Of a DNA stretch of 64,000 nucleotides, positions 37,621-50,799 are shown in pieces (within the stretch, counting starts at the first letter, position 1; each line of letters begins with the position of its first letter). A program made the translations under genes and the position numbers. The notes beneath the pieces are model-generated. The model ran no database searches and had not been told where the DNA came from. It worked only from the letters and a program-made list of their open reading frames with translations. Source of the stretch: Eutreptiella sp. 'Long Island Sound 2002' (taxonomy: Eukaryota > Protista > Euglenida); the NCBI GenBank assembly GCA_964036045.1, contig OZ038378.1, positions 140,492,001-140,556,000 on the forward strand, given 5' to 3'.

Positions 37621-37841
37621 GGCAACACTTGGGTTTGAGGCACCATATTCGCCAACCTTTGCACCATTGTGTTTGGTCAATATGTAACACCCCTTGATGA
37701 CTTTGTGCCCAACGCAATTTGTTGTTGTCGCCAAAGGACCAAATTGCACAATGCATGAATTGAGAAAACACAATGAGTGACAACCAAATTTGCAATGAAT
37801 GATTGAAGAAAGAAACGGCACCACGGATGGAATGCTATGCC
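37219..37841. mobile_element. MITE-like hairpin with inverted arms of about 220-240 bp
   Basis: 37219-37458 is the reverse complement of 37621-37841 (tggcatagcattccatc...caaacccaagtgt.gcc), with a spacer of about 165 nt. Confidence 0.8.
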
Positions 37842-39783
37842 ATCACACCACCTCCAAGAGCACACCAACAAATGGCATTTGATGGGCATGCAATATGTCG
37901 CCACACTTTGCCATTTGAACAATTGCTTTCGCTCGTGTAGCAAATTTTTTAAAGCAACTTCTCGTGGAATTGAATGGGTGTGTTTGAGTTTTATGATTGC
38001 AATGTCATGCATGAATGAGTGATGGATATCCACAAGGCGGTTTTACTTTCCCCCATGCATGAATGCTGGGTGATTATTCACAAGGCAATTTCATGTTGTG
38101 TGCATGGATGGTTTTGGTAGTAGTGACTGCAAAGTGAGGAGGCTTTTGATTGCATTTACTTGGCAAAGGAATTTCGGGGCATAGGTAAGTACCTCCAAAA
38201 GGTTGGTTAGAGAGTTTCAATTGTGTAATGCCACCAACAGCATTCTAAAGGGTTGAATATTGTTGTGTGCAATTGGGTTTATAACATGAACAAATTGGTT
38301 GAATATTTGGTTACGTCGCTCATTAGTGGTTACGCTTTTCTTACGTGTATAATACCACCTTTGTGCATGATTGCAAAGGCAATGATGAGCACCACCATGG
38401 ACCATGACCATGAGCAGCTTTTGATGCCATACGTGCTCGACGCGTACATGAGACGCCCGAAGGCAGGATTGAATGCCATTATTGAGGAACCGAAGTGCTA
38501 CCAGTGGGCTTTTCGTTGGAAGCAATGCAATGCGTTGCTGCAAGCACAGGCCCACATGGCAGATGCGAGAGAATACCGCGGTGGGTTCACCCGGTATTTG
38601 TACGAAGATTGCTCGCCGGGGAGAGTAATGCATCGAGCATTTGACATTGATAAGGGCTGGGTTCCTCTGGTTTTAATGGTAATCACACAATGTGCATCCA
38701 AATTGAGTCTGGTGGCAGGAAATTGCGATCATGGACCAAAATTATGAGGTTCATGCAAGTTGAGGTCGGCATCCGGAGACTGTTGCTCGACATCTATGAG
38801 GCTTGTGGGGTGTGCAACCAACATACCTTCATGACAAAGAAGGAGATTTGCTTTTACTTCTCTCGGTGAACTAGTCGTGTGTTTGTGTGTAGTCTCCTTG
38901 TGTGTGGGCTAGACCATGTTTACTTTACGTTTATGTGACACACACTCTTATTGGTGAAATGCGCAACGCAACCGCAACATGGTTGCGTGTATGAGCCATC
39001 AATAAATCATGTTGTACCTTCTCCGTGATTTCTTTTGTGCGCCATTTGAATGGGATTGTCATGTTTGCTTTTTTTTAAGTTTGCTTTTGCAATGCATGCA
39101 ACCAAATTATCCATCTTCATGTTGGCCTAAGAAGGCTGTTTTCATACCTCTTTTCATGGCACGCATGGTTTGTGATTTGGGAGATGCACAATGCAATCCC
39201 ATCCATTGCGTGTCCCATGTGCGAACTAACCATGTATTTCTGTGTAGTCTCTGTGGCCTTGTGCTCTCCTCTCGTCTCTCCTCTCTCCTTGAGGTGCCTT
39301 GCTGAAGGCAATAGAATTTTTCAAAATTTCGATTTTTTCCTCTCTTCGAGGTGCCTTGCCAAAGGTAATGGAATTGCCTGCAACAATTGCCCCTATGAAA
39401 AAGCGGGGATATTTTTCACAAGTCAAATTTAGGTGTTTGGACCCTGAGGCCAATGACAGTGTGCATCCTGACCACATTGTGGGTTTTGGGCAGTCAGGGT
39501 CTCTGTTATAAAGTCAGAGTTATTGCTATGTACTTATCTCATCGTGGTTTTGAGGTGCCCATGATAATTTTGATGCGGCCTACTCTTACTTGTACTGTAG
39601 CCATAAGTTTTGCAAATTTTCACATGGGCCTGTGTTGCTTGCTCTGTTTCTCTGGCCCAGACATCCTTCCTCGGCAACCCACAGCTGCCCTCAGTCCGTG
39701 TCCCCCGCCCAAGCGTAATGGCCCTGACCTTCCATATGCTCAATGCTGGTCACTGCTGACTGCACCCCTACTCCTTTCCGCAG

Positions 39784-39898
39784 GTTGGACCGGGTCGCCT
39801 TGGCAATGCTGGCCAGCCTTGCCAAAAACATGCCCAAGGCATTGAGTGCAGACATCGGCAAGATCATCGCCGGCCTATTACAAAAAGTCACGGCAAAG
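39784..39898 (+). CDS. Putative host exon D (HEAT-like helix pair)
   Basis: Acceptor ctactcctttccgcag, donor AAG|gttttg. The phase-2 start joins exon C (AG+G = Arg) to read GTRLDRVALAMLASLAKNMPKALSADIGKIIAGLLQKVTAK. Confidence 0.55.
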
Positions 39899-41729
39899 GT
39901 TTTGTGATGCACTGGGGTCTGCTGGTCGAATGGCGCGTTGGGTGTGCTAAACAATGGCCAAGGGGGGGTTTGCAGAGGTCATAACCCCTTTTCCTGATGT
40001 CAGGCCCCCCTTTCCTGGGGGGGCCTGTAGGGGCCACACGAAGTGCTCACTCCCCGATGGGCGTAGAAACAGACCTCTGACGATGGCACATGGCTCCAAA
40101 GGGGAAGCATTCGAGCATCGCCACAATCCTGCCCCAACAAATGGCTGTTGCAGCTGCGGTGCGCTTTTGCCAAGATACAGTCAAAAACATGTTCAACATG
40201 TGTTCAGCATATCTCTCGGGGACGTTGACTTTTGTGCCAACTTTGTGGTTTTTGCTGGTCGCCGTCATTCTTGCCTTATTTGTGCCCACTGAGTGTTCTG
40301 GAGGTAGGGGTATGTGGGGTATATTCGGAAAGCCCTTGGAAAGGGGTATTTGGAACACCCTGGGTCTGCATGCTGTACTGCCGACATGTTTGAGATTTTC
40401 GTCCATTTTGGACGGTGCCTGTGTTGCTTGCTGCCTCTTTTTGTCAACCGGCAGCTGCCATGTCTACATACAAATTCACTCCACGGGTTGTTGCTTCCCC
40501 AGATGCACCAGAAACCTTTGACGCACAAAAGGGCAGGTGCAGGTGCAGGTGACACGGCGTCCCATCCTGGATATGTATGGCTGAAATCAGGATACAGTGA
40601 GGCTATTGCCTGGCGCAAGGTCCGGTTAACCAAACAACGAAATGTGGACCTCACAACCGATGGCCTGTGGGCTATGCTCCTTAACGAAGGTTGGGTGCCA
40701 GTGAAGGCACAGAGGTTGCAGGATTGGGAAAAATTGAAGAAAGATGTCCCTGTCCACAAACAGGGGGATGTCTGCCCTAACGGCGTCCCAGCCCTGCCGA
40801 AAAAGGGAATGCTGATGATGACGATGATTCAGAATAAAAATGATTCAACGGTGCAGTGCCATGTTTGTATGCACCGTCCAATGTGTTGTGCTGTGCTGAA
40901 AAATGTGACCACCTACCCCCCAGCCCCCACTCGTACATTTCTGAAATGGGCTTTTCTTGCAAATTTCAAAAAGTGTACCCCCCCCCCCCCCCCCGATGTG
41001 ATGACATGTTTGCGCACGGAAGCAAAACCTGGAAAAAATCCCGAAAAGTGCCAAAGCCAACAACGCTGGCACATTATGAATGTCCCCGAGAGATATCATC
41101 ACACACACACCACTCTGCCCCAGATCTAATCTTGTGTTCCCTCCTACGCCCATCCCTCTAAACCCTTTGACGAATCTACGGACCCTGTGACCCACCACTA
41201 CACTGGACACCCTCTCGTAGGCTGCACTGAGGTGCCCAGTACTCAGTACCCAACAGCAATGAATGCGGTTGTCAGGCTCTGCCCACAGACACTTCACAGA
41301 CGTGAGGAGGTTCACTGGTGCGGGTGTACTCCCATGAAAGTGCCTCTGCTGCGTGGCCCGATGGCTTCTCGCTGTTACCCTTTCTCTCAATTTTAGGGTG
41401 ATCCTACATATTCCGCGAAGCTGAGCACCTGCTTCCACCATATTCAAGAGGTATGCCAGCGCTTTGCGTGTCAGCTGCAGCAGTTGTACTCAGGCAGGCA
41501 CGAGGCATGCTGCCAGCCTCTGCACGTTGATTCCCGGTGCACCTTGGGCAGATATCCATGATTCCTCCTTTTTGGGGGGCCAGTGGCCTCCCTGTCCTTT
41601 TTGGATATGCCATAAACCACCCAACAATCGGTGTATGCTGTAGCTCGTGTATTTTTTTTTTTTGCAGTAAATGGATGTGACAAAAAAATGGTCACGTTGT
41701 TTTTTTTTTTTTGCGTTAGTTACGTGTAA

Positions 41730-42130
41730 ACCGTACTTGTGTTTACCGCAGAAAAAATTTCAGGACGTGACAATTTTTTTGTACTCGCGTTTACCGCCAA
41801 AAAAGAATTGCAGGATGTGACAATTTTTTTGTACTCGCGTTTGCAGCAAAAAAAGATTACATGATTTTTTCGCAAAGAAAAAAAGTACGCAATTTTACCA
41901 AAAAAAATACATGCATGTAGCCAATCTGCCCACTTTTGGGGATCTTCTGATTTTCTCCCCCGCTCTGAAGCGTCAGGGACCCCCTCAAATGGCAAATGGC
42001 AGGGGTTGCGTAGCCAATCCGCCCACTTGTGGGCCATTTGTGATTTGTCCTGTGCTCTGAAGCGTTGCCCCCCCCCCCCCCGAGACGGCAGGGGCGATGT
42101 AGCCAATCTGCCCAATTGTGGGCCATTGGT
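41730..42130. repeat. Two adjacent short tandem arrays (units of about 50 bp and about 85 bp)
   Basis: gtgacaatttttttgtactcgcgttt occurs twice; gtagccaatcYgccca occurs three times. Confidence 0.8.
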
Positions 42131-45100
42131 TTGTTTGTGCCTTCGATTGTGGTGTGTGGTTGGACCTTTTCATTATTCACTCATGCCCGCGTGTAGGCTT
42201 GAAAGTGTTGTGTCCTACAATTTTGTTTTGAAAGGCCAGTTCATTGTGATTGTAGGCTTTCTTGCGCACAGCAGCACTGATTGAGGGACATTGCATTGCA
42301 AATGATAGATGACCACCAAGTAGGGGCAATTATATCTTTGTTGGCATGGTGTGAATGTCTCTTGGCATGCACCACTCTAAGCATTATCATTTCCGGGGGT
42401 AACACTCCACCTATTGTTGTTTGGACTCATCTTTTAAGCCTGCCGTTGTAAAAGTTGTCACAAGAGCATGGCACACATGGTTTGTTCTCGGGTGTGGTGC
42501 TGTACCGTTTCCCCCTTTTTGGGCATTTTGCGTTAAGCAAAAGCCTAGGGGCCACGATACACCATACGAAATCGAAGGTGGCAAGCAGTGCTTTCCTTAA
42601 GGAGGTTTTTTTCCGATCCCCATGGGGGCCAACTCCTTGTCACTTTTTCTGGTCTCCTGCAAAAATTTGTTGCATGGTAGCCGCAAGGAGACTTTTGACG
42701 GCACTTGGGTTGCAAGTAGGCGAGACAGTGGCCCCCGTGCCCTCCGTGCCCTCCATCACAACCATGCGGCTGCCGGTGCATTGCCGTCGGAATACGGGCT
42801 CCGTAGCCCCCGGCAAACCCATGATACTACCCGCCATAGTTACAACCCTGGATCCACATGGCCCGTTTGTGCTCCAAACACGGCGCTCGTCACACCCATT
42901 GGGTCTGCTATGGCCCCCGTAGCATCCGCTGCGGGCGCCTTGTGTGCCGCCACTTGTGCTACCGCTGTTGGTACCGGTGGAGAGGCTTAGCCACGCCCCA
43001 AGGACTACGGGTAGATGGCGTGGTGATGACAGTGGTGAGGTTAAGCTCCCCGATCGGGGTGTCTCTTGCGGCATCCAATTCTTTGCTGGGGCCTAGTGTT
43101 GCGGCGGTGCCCCAAGGATTTGTTGGTTGAGGTGGTGATGTGGCGGCTCAGCTCAGGATTGCAGCGCAGCAAGTAGCTTGAGGCCTTCCAATCCTCGTGC
43201 CCGTTGTTTGACTTGGTCCGCTGCAAGACCGTGGGCCTCTGCCAATGGTAAGCTTGTTGGGAGAGTGGTCCCCCAAGATTTAGGTGACCCCCTAAAACAT
43301 GGGCCCGGTCGGCCTAGGGCTCTTTGTAGACACTGCTCAACCATGCCACATAGCGCATTGTAGTACGGGTACAGGCCCTCAATGTCCAATTCCACAACCC
43401 CCTGCTTAAGTACAATATATCTAAGGCAGGCGTGAAGACGTTAGCTGCCGCAGCAGATTTTATGCTCGCGGCCCCGGATGCCATGAAGGCCATGGTTGTG
43501 TACTCTGAGTGCCAAGGATTGGTCCTCAATGTTATAGACCTGAAATTTCAACCATGCCCCCCGCCCCCTTTGCCCATGCGTGGAGTGGTGGCCGTGTCCA
43601 TGGTTTCTCAATTCTTGAAGTAACATCCGCCATTATGTGTGATGGAAGCAAGTTGACCTGCAGTCATGTTGCTTGGTGTCGGACTCGTGTTTAAATGCCG
43701 AAAAAATTGTTGTCATCCGAACATAGGCGCCTTGCTCGGGTAGTAGCATGTAGATTTCCTTGGCTATGACGGGGGGATGGGGGGATCATCGAGGCCCTCA
43801 TTCGTTCATTCTTCAGCCTCGCTGCCTTGAGTTGGTGTGTCATATCCTCCATGCACTAGTGGTGCACCTGGTCGGATTGGGGGTGGGGAGGTGGGGGTCT
43901 GAAGTTGGGGACAGGGACCGGCTAACCTTTTTTTTTGTGTCCCCCACGCGAGAACCAACATAGCGCGGCAACGTCCGTCATGTAGTCCATGCCGTTGAAG
44001 CGGCCAAGTCTTGGCCAATGGGAGCTGGTGTGTTGGCCACCAAGGTACGTTGATGGTGAGTGTCCTCCTTGTCTTTGTAAATATGTAAGGTCCGAAATGT
44101 CCTCAGATAGCACCCCTCAATGGCACCCGCTTTTTCCTTCTTTTTAGAACGCGTCGGAGTCATGGCAAGTAGAGACAAGGTGGGGTCGGGTGCACGGGAA
44201 TCCAAAGGGATGGTTGGTCTTGTGGTTTTCAGAGCCCGCACATCACAAACATGGTCCTGGATCACCAGAGTTCTGTTTTGGATGACCGCCTCACCCCAAT
44301 GCTCCCGCGTTTTGTCGACTATGTGTTGGACGATGTGAATGCCAATCGCTCCGTGCACGTCATTCAAGCGCCCAGTGACGATTTGAAGGGTGCCCAAGCT
44401 TTCTTGCCCTCATACGTCCGCCCCCACCACCCAAGTTCAAGGTGCATTCTTTGAGACTTAGGAGAGTGTTTAGGCTACCCCCACCCCCCTCAAAGCCAAG
44501 GATGCCTCTTCCAAGCAACGATCGGGAGGCCCGGAGGCCAAGGCGCAACCTTCGATGGCCACTCCTGCCGCAGAGGAGAACATCCCTCCCAAGGTCCTCA
44601 TCCGTGGAGAGTGGCGCCAGGTGCCAGATAGCTACCCACAGATGCATCCGGCCAGATGGATCCCGTGATCAGCAGTTGAGCAATGGGCCAACCAAGCAGC
44701 TGGTAGTTGAGTTGCGTTTGGCTTGTCAATTGAACACTAGTCTTGGTGCAAAGCCCAAGTCCAATGCAAAAAGTGACCTCATCTGCAAAGGTGTATTGTG
44801 CAACTATTCGTAGCGGGTGCATGTTTTGTAGGGATTTGCTTTACCATATTTTCCTCCGTGTATTTGGCGTACCAATGCTGGAGCATATAAGCAACTATTT
44901 TATTGTCTTGGTGGCCACTGAGAGTATACTCGTGGCACTACCGTTGGCTATGGCCTTGTCAAGCTTCTTTTCTTGAGCCTGATTTTGTTCGAAGTGCTAG
45001 TTACCGCATGTGATACTATGTTGCATTGGCCGAGTCTCAACTAATTGGTGGCCACACAGAGTACTTGGCGCTTTGTGGACTTGGTGTCCCCTCACTAAGG

Positions 45101-47159
45101 TTGCTATGGGATGCCATACGGAACCGGCAATGGTACATATTGTGTGCGTATGGCAAATTTTTTTTTTCATTTTTCTCATTTTTTTTTTCATAATTGCACG
45201 ACTTACTGCGAAAAACAATCACACACTTTGGCAATTGTTTTCATTGGTCCAATGTCTTTTATAATGTACATGACTTACCGCAAGAAAAAAGGATGGCGCA
45301 ATTTTGCCACAAATTTTTTTGACGTTTTGAATTTTTTTTGTATACGGGTACGTTTTTCACCTCCAATTGCCCTCATCACCACCACCAACTACCTCCAACT
45401 GCTCTTCTAGGCGCTACCAAACCGCTTTTGCAACTGCTCCTAGCACATGCCTTCGAGGCACATGGTGCAAACGGTGCGTCCCACGGTGCATGGCACAGTG
45501 CATCGTTCATGGGATGGGTTTGAAGTTTTCTCTCGTCTTTGCGGTAATTCTGCATGTGTGTTAGTGGTGCTGTCCCCCATGCATAATGAGGGCTTGAGCT
45601 TGAGGGCGGGACCAAAAATGTATGATCACCCATCTCCTTTCAAGGCACGCACACCCGCATGCTTTTCCTGTGGACAAAGATGGATGTCAAGTTGCAAGCC
45701 TAAGTCTTGATGCCCCGAGATGGATGTAAAGTTGCTTTTTTTCTTAGTCTGGGAAAGTGATGCATTTCTTTGGTTGGCAGTGTGCAACACCGGTAAGCAT
45801 CCAGCGTTCAAGCCCTTGAAGTACTCTAGCTCATCACCCCACAGCAAGGAGTCTGCTTGGCTCCTTATCACAACTATTGAATAACATAGTTCATCAAATG
45901 CGCAACCCCGCACTTGGGTCACGGGTGCACACGTGGAATGCCCGGGGAAAGCTTTGGCCCACCCAGCATGGTCCCATGTTTGGTTACGGGCCATTTGGTT
46001 CATCGTATATTTTCTCTGCATGGGGGCTTATGAATCCATTTGTTTGGGAAGGTTTTGAGTCCCGATATGATCCGCGTTTTTCAACGAAAAAGTCCATCTA
46101 CGTGTCACCAGTTTCCCCCTCACCAACACATCGTCACTATCACTATCCCACGCAACCATCCCACCCATTGTACACCCCTTTACTTGGGGAACCGGGAACG
46201 TTCTGCACCTGCCTCCAACAGCTCGTGGTGGAACTCCATGCCGTTGCCATCACCTAGCATGTTTTCAAACGTACAGGGGCAGTGGCCTTCATCAGAAAGC
46301 GGGAATTTATCCAAGGTCTCAGCTTTGGGCACAATCGAAGAGTCCCATGGGGCATGGCATTACAGCACACCCTCCCCCACGCTGATGGACCCTTTCTATG
46401 TAGTTGCACCCCGCAAAGCCTAACCAACCCGGTTTCTATGGGGAGCATCATGACCACAAGGTCGGGACGCCTCTAAAGGCTCCCGGAACCCACACGCCAC
46501 CCACCACCAAGTTGCAACCATTCCCCAACCGCAATGGACATTGGGGAATGGTTGGGAGTACCACGAACATGCCAAACCCCTCACGTTCACTAAGTGCTTA
46601 ACCAATCCAAGCAGTGATGACGCACACATCCCCGAAACAAGTACTCCCTGGGTCCCCTCACCGGGAGTCAACAAGCAAAAGGCTCTCCTATCCCCCAAGC
46701 CTCTAGGCCCCACCTCATCAGTGGAGCCCACTGTTGCGTCACGGGCACAACACGGATCGGAAAAACTTGTCACAGGCACTGATGTGGGCTAGCTGCCCAG
46801 CCACAGCGCGGTGGAACCAATAACTACCCCGCTTCGACAGGCCGGTCGAGGAATCGCCCCCAAAGAGCGCCATCCGCTTTCCCCCATCCCCCACGAAAGC
46901 AGCACGAGATGGGCCACCTTGTTCCCACCACGTGAATCCCACCAGCAATGGCTGTACCCCAGCGCCCCCAAAACAAAAGCGAAGTTGCGCAAGCAACTGA
47001 AGTTTTGCCGTGGGGAAGGGGGGGGGTGATAGGGACAGGGTCAGTGTCATTGAGAGTCCCCCCCACCTTTTTTGGCTGTACGATTGATGTCCTGTGTGAG
47101 CCATGTGCTTGCAAGGGGTTCTTATTAGTCTAGGCATGGTGGCGGGTGCCGATACCCTG

Positions 47160-49540
47160 CTGCGTATGTTGGTGAGCAGTTCGGTGAACGTGTGGGGTTC
47201 ATGGCTGGTGCTCTCACCTTCTCTGCAGGTGATGTTGACTACCATAGCAGCTCCAACCTAGTGCAAGCCTAGTTTAGCCTTGCCATTGTAGCCTACTAAG
47301 TTACCTTGATGGGTGCCATTGAGGCCTACCATGTGCACAGTGGTCCTCTGGGTGAGGATGTAGATCTGCCCCACCCTGGTGAAGCCCTCGACCCTTGGGG
47401 TTTGGATAGGGAAACTAACACCTTTGCTGAGCCGAAGACGAAGGAGATTAGGAAGGGCCGTTTGGCTATACCCTCTATTTTCAGCTACTACGTGCACGCC
47501 GTTGTGAGTGGTAACAGTTCATTTGCGATGTGGGCCTCCCACATTGCCGACCCATTTGCCGTGAGTGGCATGATTAGCACCCACGTGATTCAGCTCGCTC
47601 CGTCCTTTGTGGCAATTTTAGCCGCCACAAGCTCCCCGTACTACGGCCCCGGACCGTCCGAGGTGGTTCGACGACTACTCCAATGGTTCTATCACTAGCT
47701 ACCTCACTGGTGAGTGCTCTAGTGACTACGATTGGAACACTGCCGGTTTGGCCGCTGATGCCTTGACGTTCGAGAAGTAGTGCGAGGTTTAGATCGCCCA
47801 CACTCATTGCGCGATGTTGGGTATTTTGGGCCGCTTTACCCTTGAGTTGTCGACCAAGTACCCTCGTGAGCTTGTGTGGTTCAAGGCTAGTGCTCAAACC
47901 TTCTATGAGGGTTGTCTGGACTACCTTGGCAGCTCCAACCTTGTGCACGCTTAGTCCAGCCCGGCCATCTTGGCTTGCCAAGTTGTCATGACGGGCGGCG
48001 TTGAGACCTACCGTGTGCACAGGTGTCCCCTGGGTGAGGATGTAGTTGTGCCCCGCCCTGGTGAAGCCCACAACCCTTGGGGTTTGCGTAGCAAACTTGA
48101 TACCCTGGCGAAGCCGAAGGCGAAGGAGATTAGGAACGGCCGTTTGGCTATGCCTTCCACATTCACCCACTACATGTAGGTCATTCGGAGTGGTGAGGGT
48201 CCAATTGCGAACTGGGCCTCCCACACCGCCGACCCACTCGCCGTGAACGGCATGACCAGTGCCTCCGTGAGCGGCATGACCAACGCCCACGTGACCCAGC
48301 TCGCTCCTTTCCTTGTGGCAATGTTAGCCACCACAAGCCTCCCATACTCCGGCCCCGACTGTCCGAAGTGGTTTGACGACTACTCCCATGGTCTGTGATT
48401 GGCTGCCTTTTTGGTGAGTGCCCTGGTGACTACGGTTGGGACACCGCCGGTTGGGCCGCTAACCCCTAAACCTTCGCGAAGTGCTACGAGGGTGAGATCG
48501 CCCACAGTCATTGGGCAATTATTGGGTACTTTGGGTTGGTTGACCCGTGAGTTGTTGACAATGTACGCTGGTGAGCAGCTTGGTGAGCATGTGTGGTTCA
48601 AGGCTAGTGCTTAGGTCTTCTCTGAGGGTGGTGTGAACCACCTTGGCAGCTCCAACCTTGTGCATGCCCAGTCCTTCCTTGCCATTCTGGCCCGCCAAGT
48701 TGTCTTGATGGGCGCCGTTGAGGCCTACCGTGTGCACAGTGGCGCCCTACGTGAGGATATAGATTTGCCCCACCCTAGTGAAGCCCTCGATCCTTGGGGT
48801 TTGGCGGGCGAACTTTGGCTGAGCCGAAGGCAAAGGAGATTAGGCACGGGCGTTTGGTTATGCCTTTCAAGTTTGGCTACTAGGAGCCCGCCATTGTGAG
48901 TGGTGAGGATCCAATTGCAAAGGGGGCCTCCCACAATGCCCACCCACGTGCCGTAAACGGCATGAATACCACCTATATGACCCACCTCGCTCCTTCCCCT
49001 GTGGCAATGGCAGCCACTGCACGCTCCTCAAACCACGGCCCTCACCGTCTGAGGTGGTTCGACGACTACTCCCATGCCTGTGTTCCGGGCTACCTCACTG
49101 GTGAGTGCCTTCGTGAATACGGTTGGGACACTGCTGGTTTGGCTGTTGACTCCAAGACCGTCGACAGATACTGCGAGACGGAGGTCTCCCACGTTCGTTG
49201 GGCAATGTTGGGTACTTTGGGCTGCTTTACCCATGAGTTGTTGACCAATTACCCTGGTGTGCCTATCGTTGAGCCTATCTGGGTCAAGCCTGGTGCCCAA
49301 ATCCTCTATGACGGCGGTCTGGACGGCTTAGGATCCTCTAGGTTGACCCACGCTCCGTCCATCTTTACCATCCCAAGTCTCCACGTTGAGCGGATGACTG
49401 GCGCTGAGGCATATTGTATCATGGGTGGCTCTTTGTGTGGGGCCGCGGGCTTGTACCATGGTGGTGCCTTCGACCCTCTTGGTTTGGCTGATGACCCCAC
49501 ATGGTTGCTCGGCTGACGATGGAGGTGATCAACCGTGGAC
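47160..49540 (+). pseudogene. Lhcb: Intronless, degenerate LHCII (chlorophyll a/b-binding) polyprotein with four tandem units
   Basis: Repeated LHC motifs ([50 protein letters not shown], KEIxNGRLAM). Linkers APSFVAILAATS (47597), APFLVAMLATTS (48303), APSPVAMAATA (48989); period 686-706 nt. Many stops and frameshifts. Confidence 0.92.
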
Positions 49541-50799
49541 ATAAGTTGCAGCAACAAGCGCCCTAGGTGCAAAAGGGGCACAATGATGGCCGCATAGGGA
49601 GAAATGCACGGTGCAGCGCTGGTGGCTAAGTATGAGAAGGACTGGAATATGCGAGGGGGGGGGGGGGGGGGCGACCCCCCCCCCTATCCCTAGATACCTA
49701 CGTTAAAACCAGCATGCTTAGTTTTATGCTTGTGCGCGTGCTGTGCTCATTAAGGGTTTTTGGTTGGTCAAAGGGTGCACAACAAGGGTGGTAGAGGGGT
49801 TCCATACTCTTTGAGGTGGTTACATAGGCCCACATCCTTCTCCCCAGTGCCCCTACTCACACCACTCCCAACTACCCTATTCTATTTTGTAGCTCTTGTT
49901 ATGCCTTTGTCTCGGGACACCATTATCGAGCTAAGTATGACACTCATGTGTTTAAGTGGGGCCAAGAGTTTGCGTGATCCTTTGGTCTCACAACTCCTTG
50001 GTGAGTGGGTGGCCTCATCTCCTTTGGCCAAGGCCTAATGGTACGAGGCCACCGAGGTTGCCCAACTCCTCGTCATCGGCAACAAGCAAATTGAGCCCGT
50101 GAAGCAAAATTTCTCCGTCCTCTTCCCAGCGCCCGAGTTGATCGGGCTACTTATGGCCTTGAATGTCCCCAAGGGCAGCTTTCGGCTTGTGTCGGAGTTC
50201 ATGACCCGCCGCATACCTGCCATGACCCCGACCCATCCCCTCGCGTGCCATTTCACGGACACATGGAACGAGTAGCTCAAGCCCCTTGCGCTAGAGCCAC
50301 CAGTGTCCGTGGCGGATCCCCCTATGAGCAGCCGCTCGTGGAGATGCATACCCGTGTGCCGGTGGAAGTGGGACCCAACTATCCATGGCGCACGGAGCCA
50401 CACACCCGCCTGTTTGTGGGTCGTTGGAGTGGCCGTATGCAGGGACTAGGACATGGCCGCATAACTGACAATATCGTCTGAAAACCTGGAAGTATACGGC
50501 CCTTTCGTTTTCCTTTCCTTTTTGCGTTGATTTCTCGAGGTTAATGTTTAATATTTTGCAAATATTGATGCTGGCGCAAAAATTAATCTAATATTGACCT
50601 CAGAAAATTAATGCAAAAATGTACCTTTTTTTTTGCACGTCATGCAGCCTATTGATGGCCGCAAGAAGTTTTACTAGGCAACCATGTGGGTGCGTAATGA
50701 GCTCGTCATGAGGGGTTACCAGCCCTTAGTCTGCCGCCTCATTGGTGGCGCCCATAGTGTGCTCTATATACAAAATATATAGCATCTATGCATCTTTTC

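Noticed and set aside
47306-48985. Minus-strand ORFs over the LHC region and any intact LHC CDS
   Set aside because: The minus-strand ORFs are shadows. Every plus-strand unit has stops or frameshifts outside homopolymers, so the region is called a pseudogene.
49900-50460. ORF remnant with W..IH...PAC similarity to 3380-3430
   Set aside because: The similarity is too short to call it a second Transib-like N-terminus without an alignment search.
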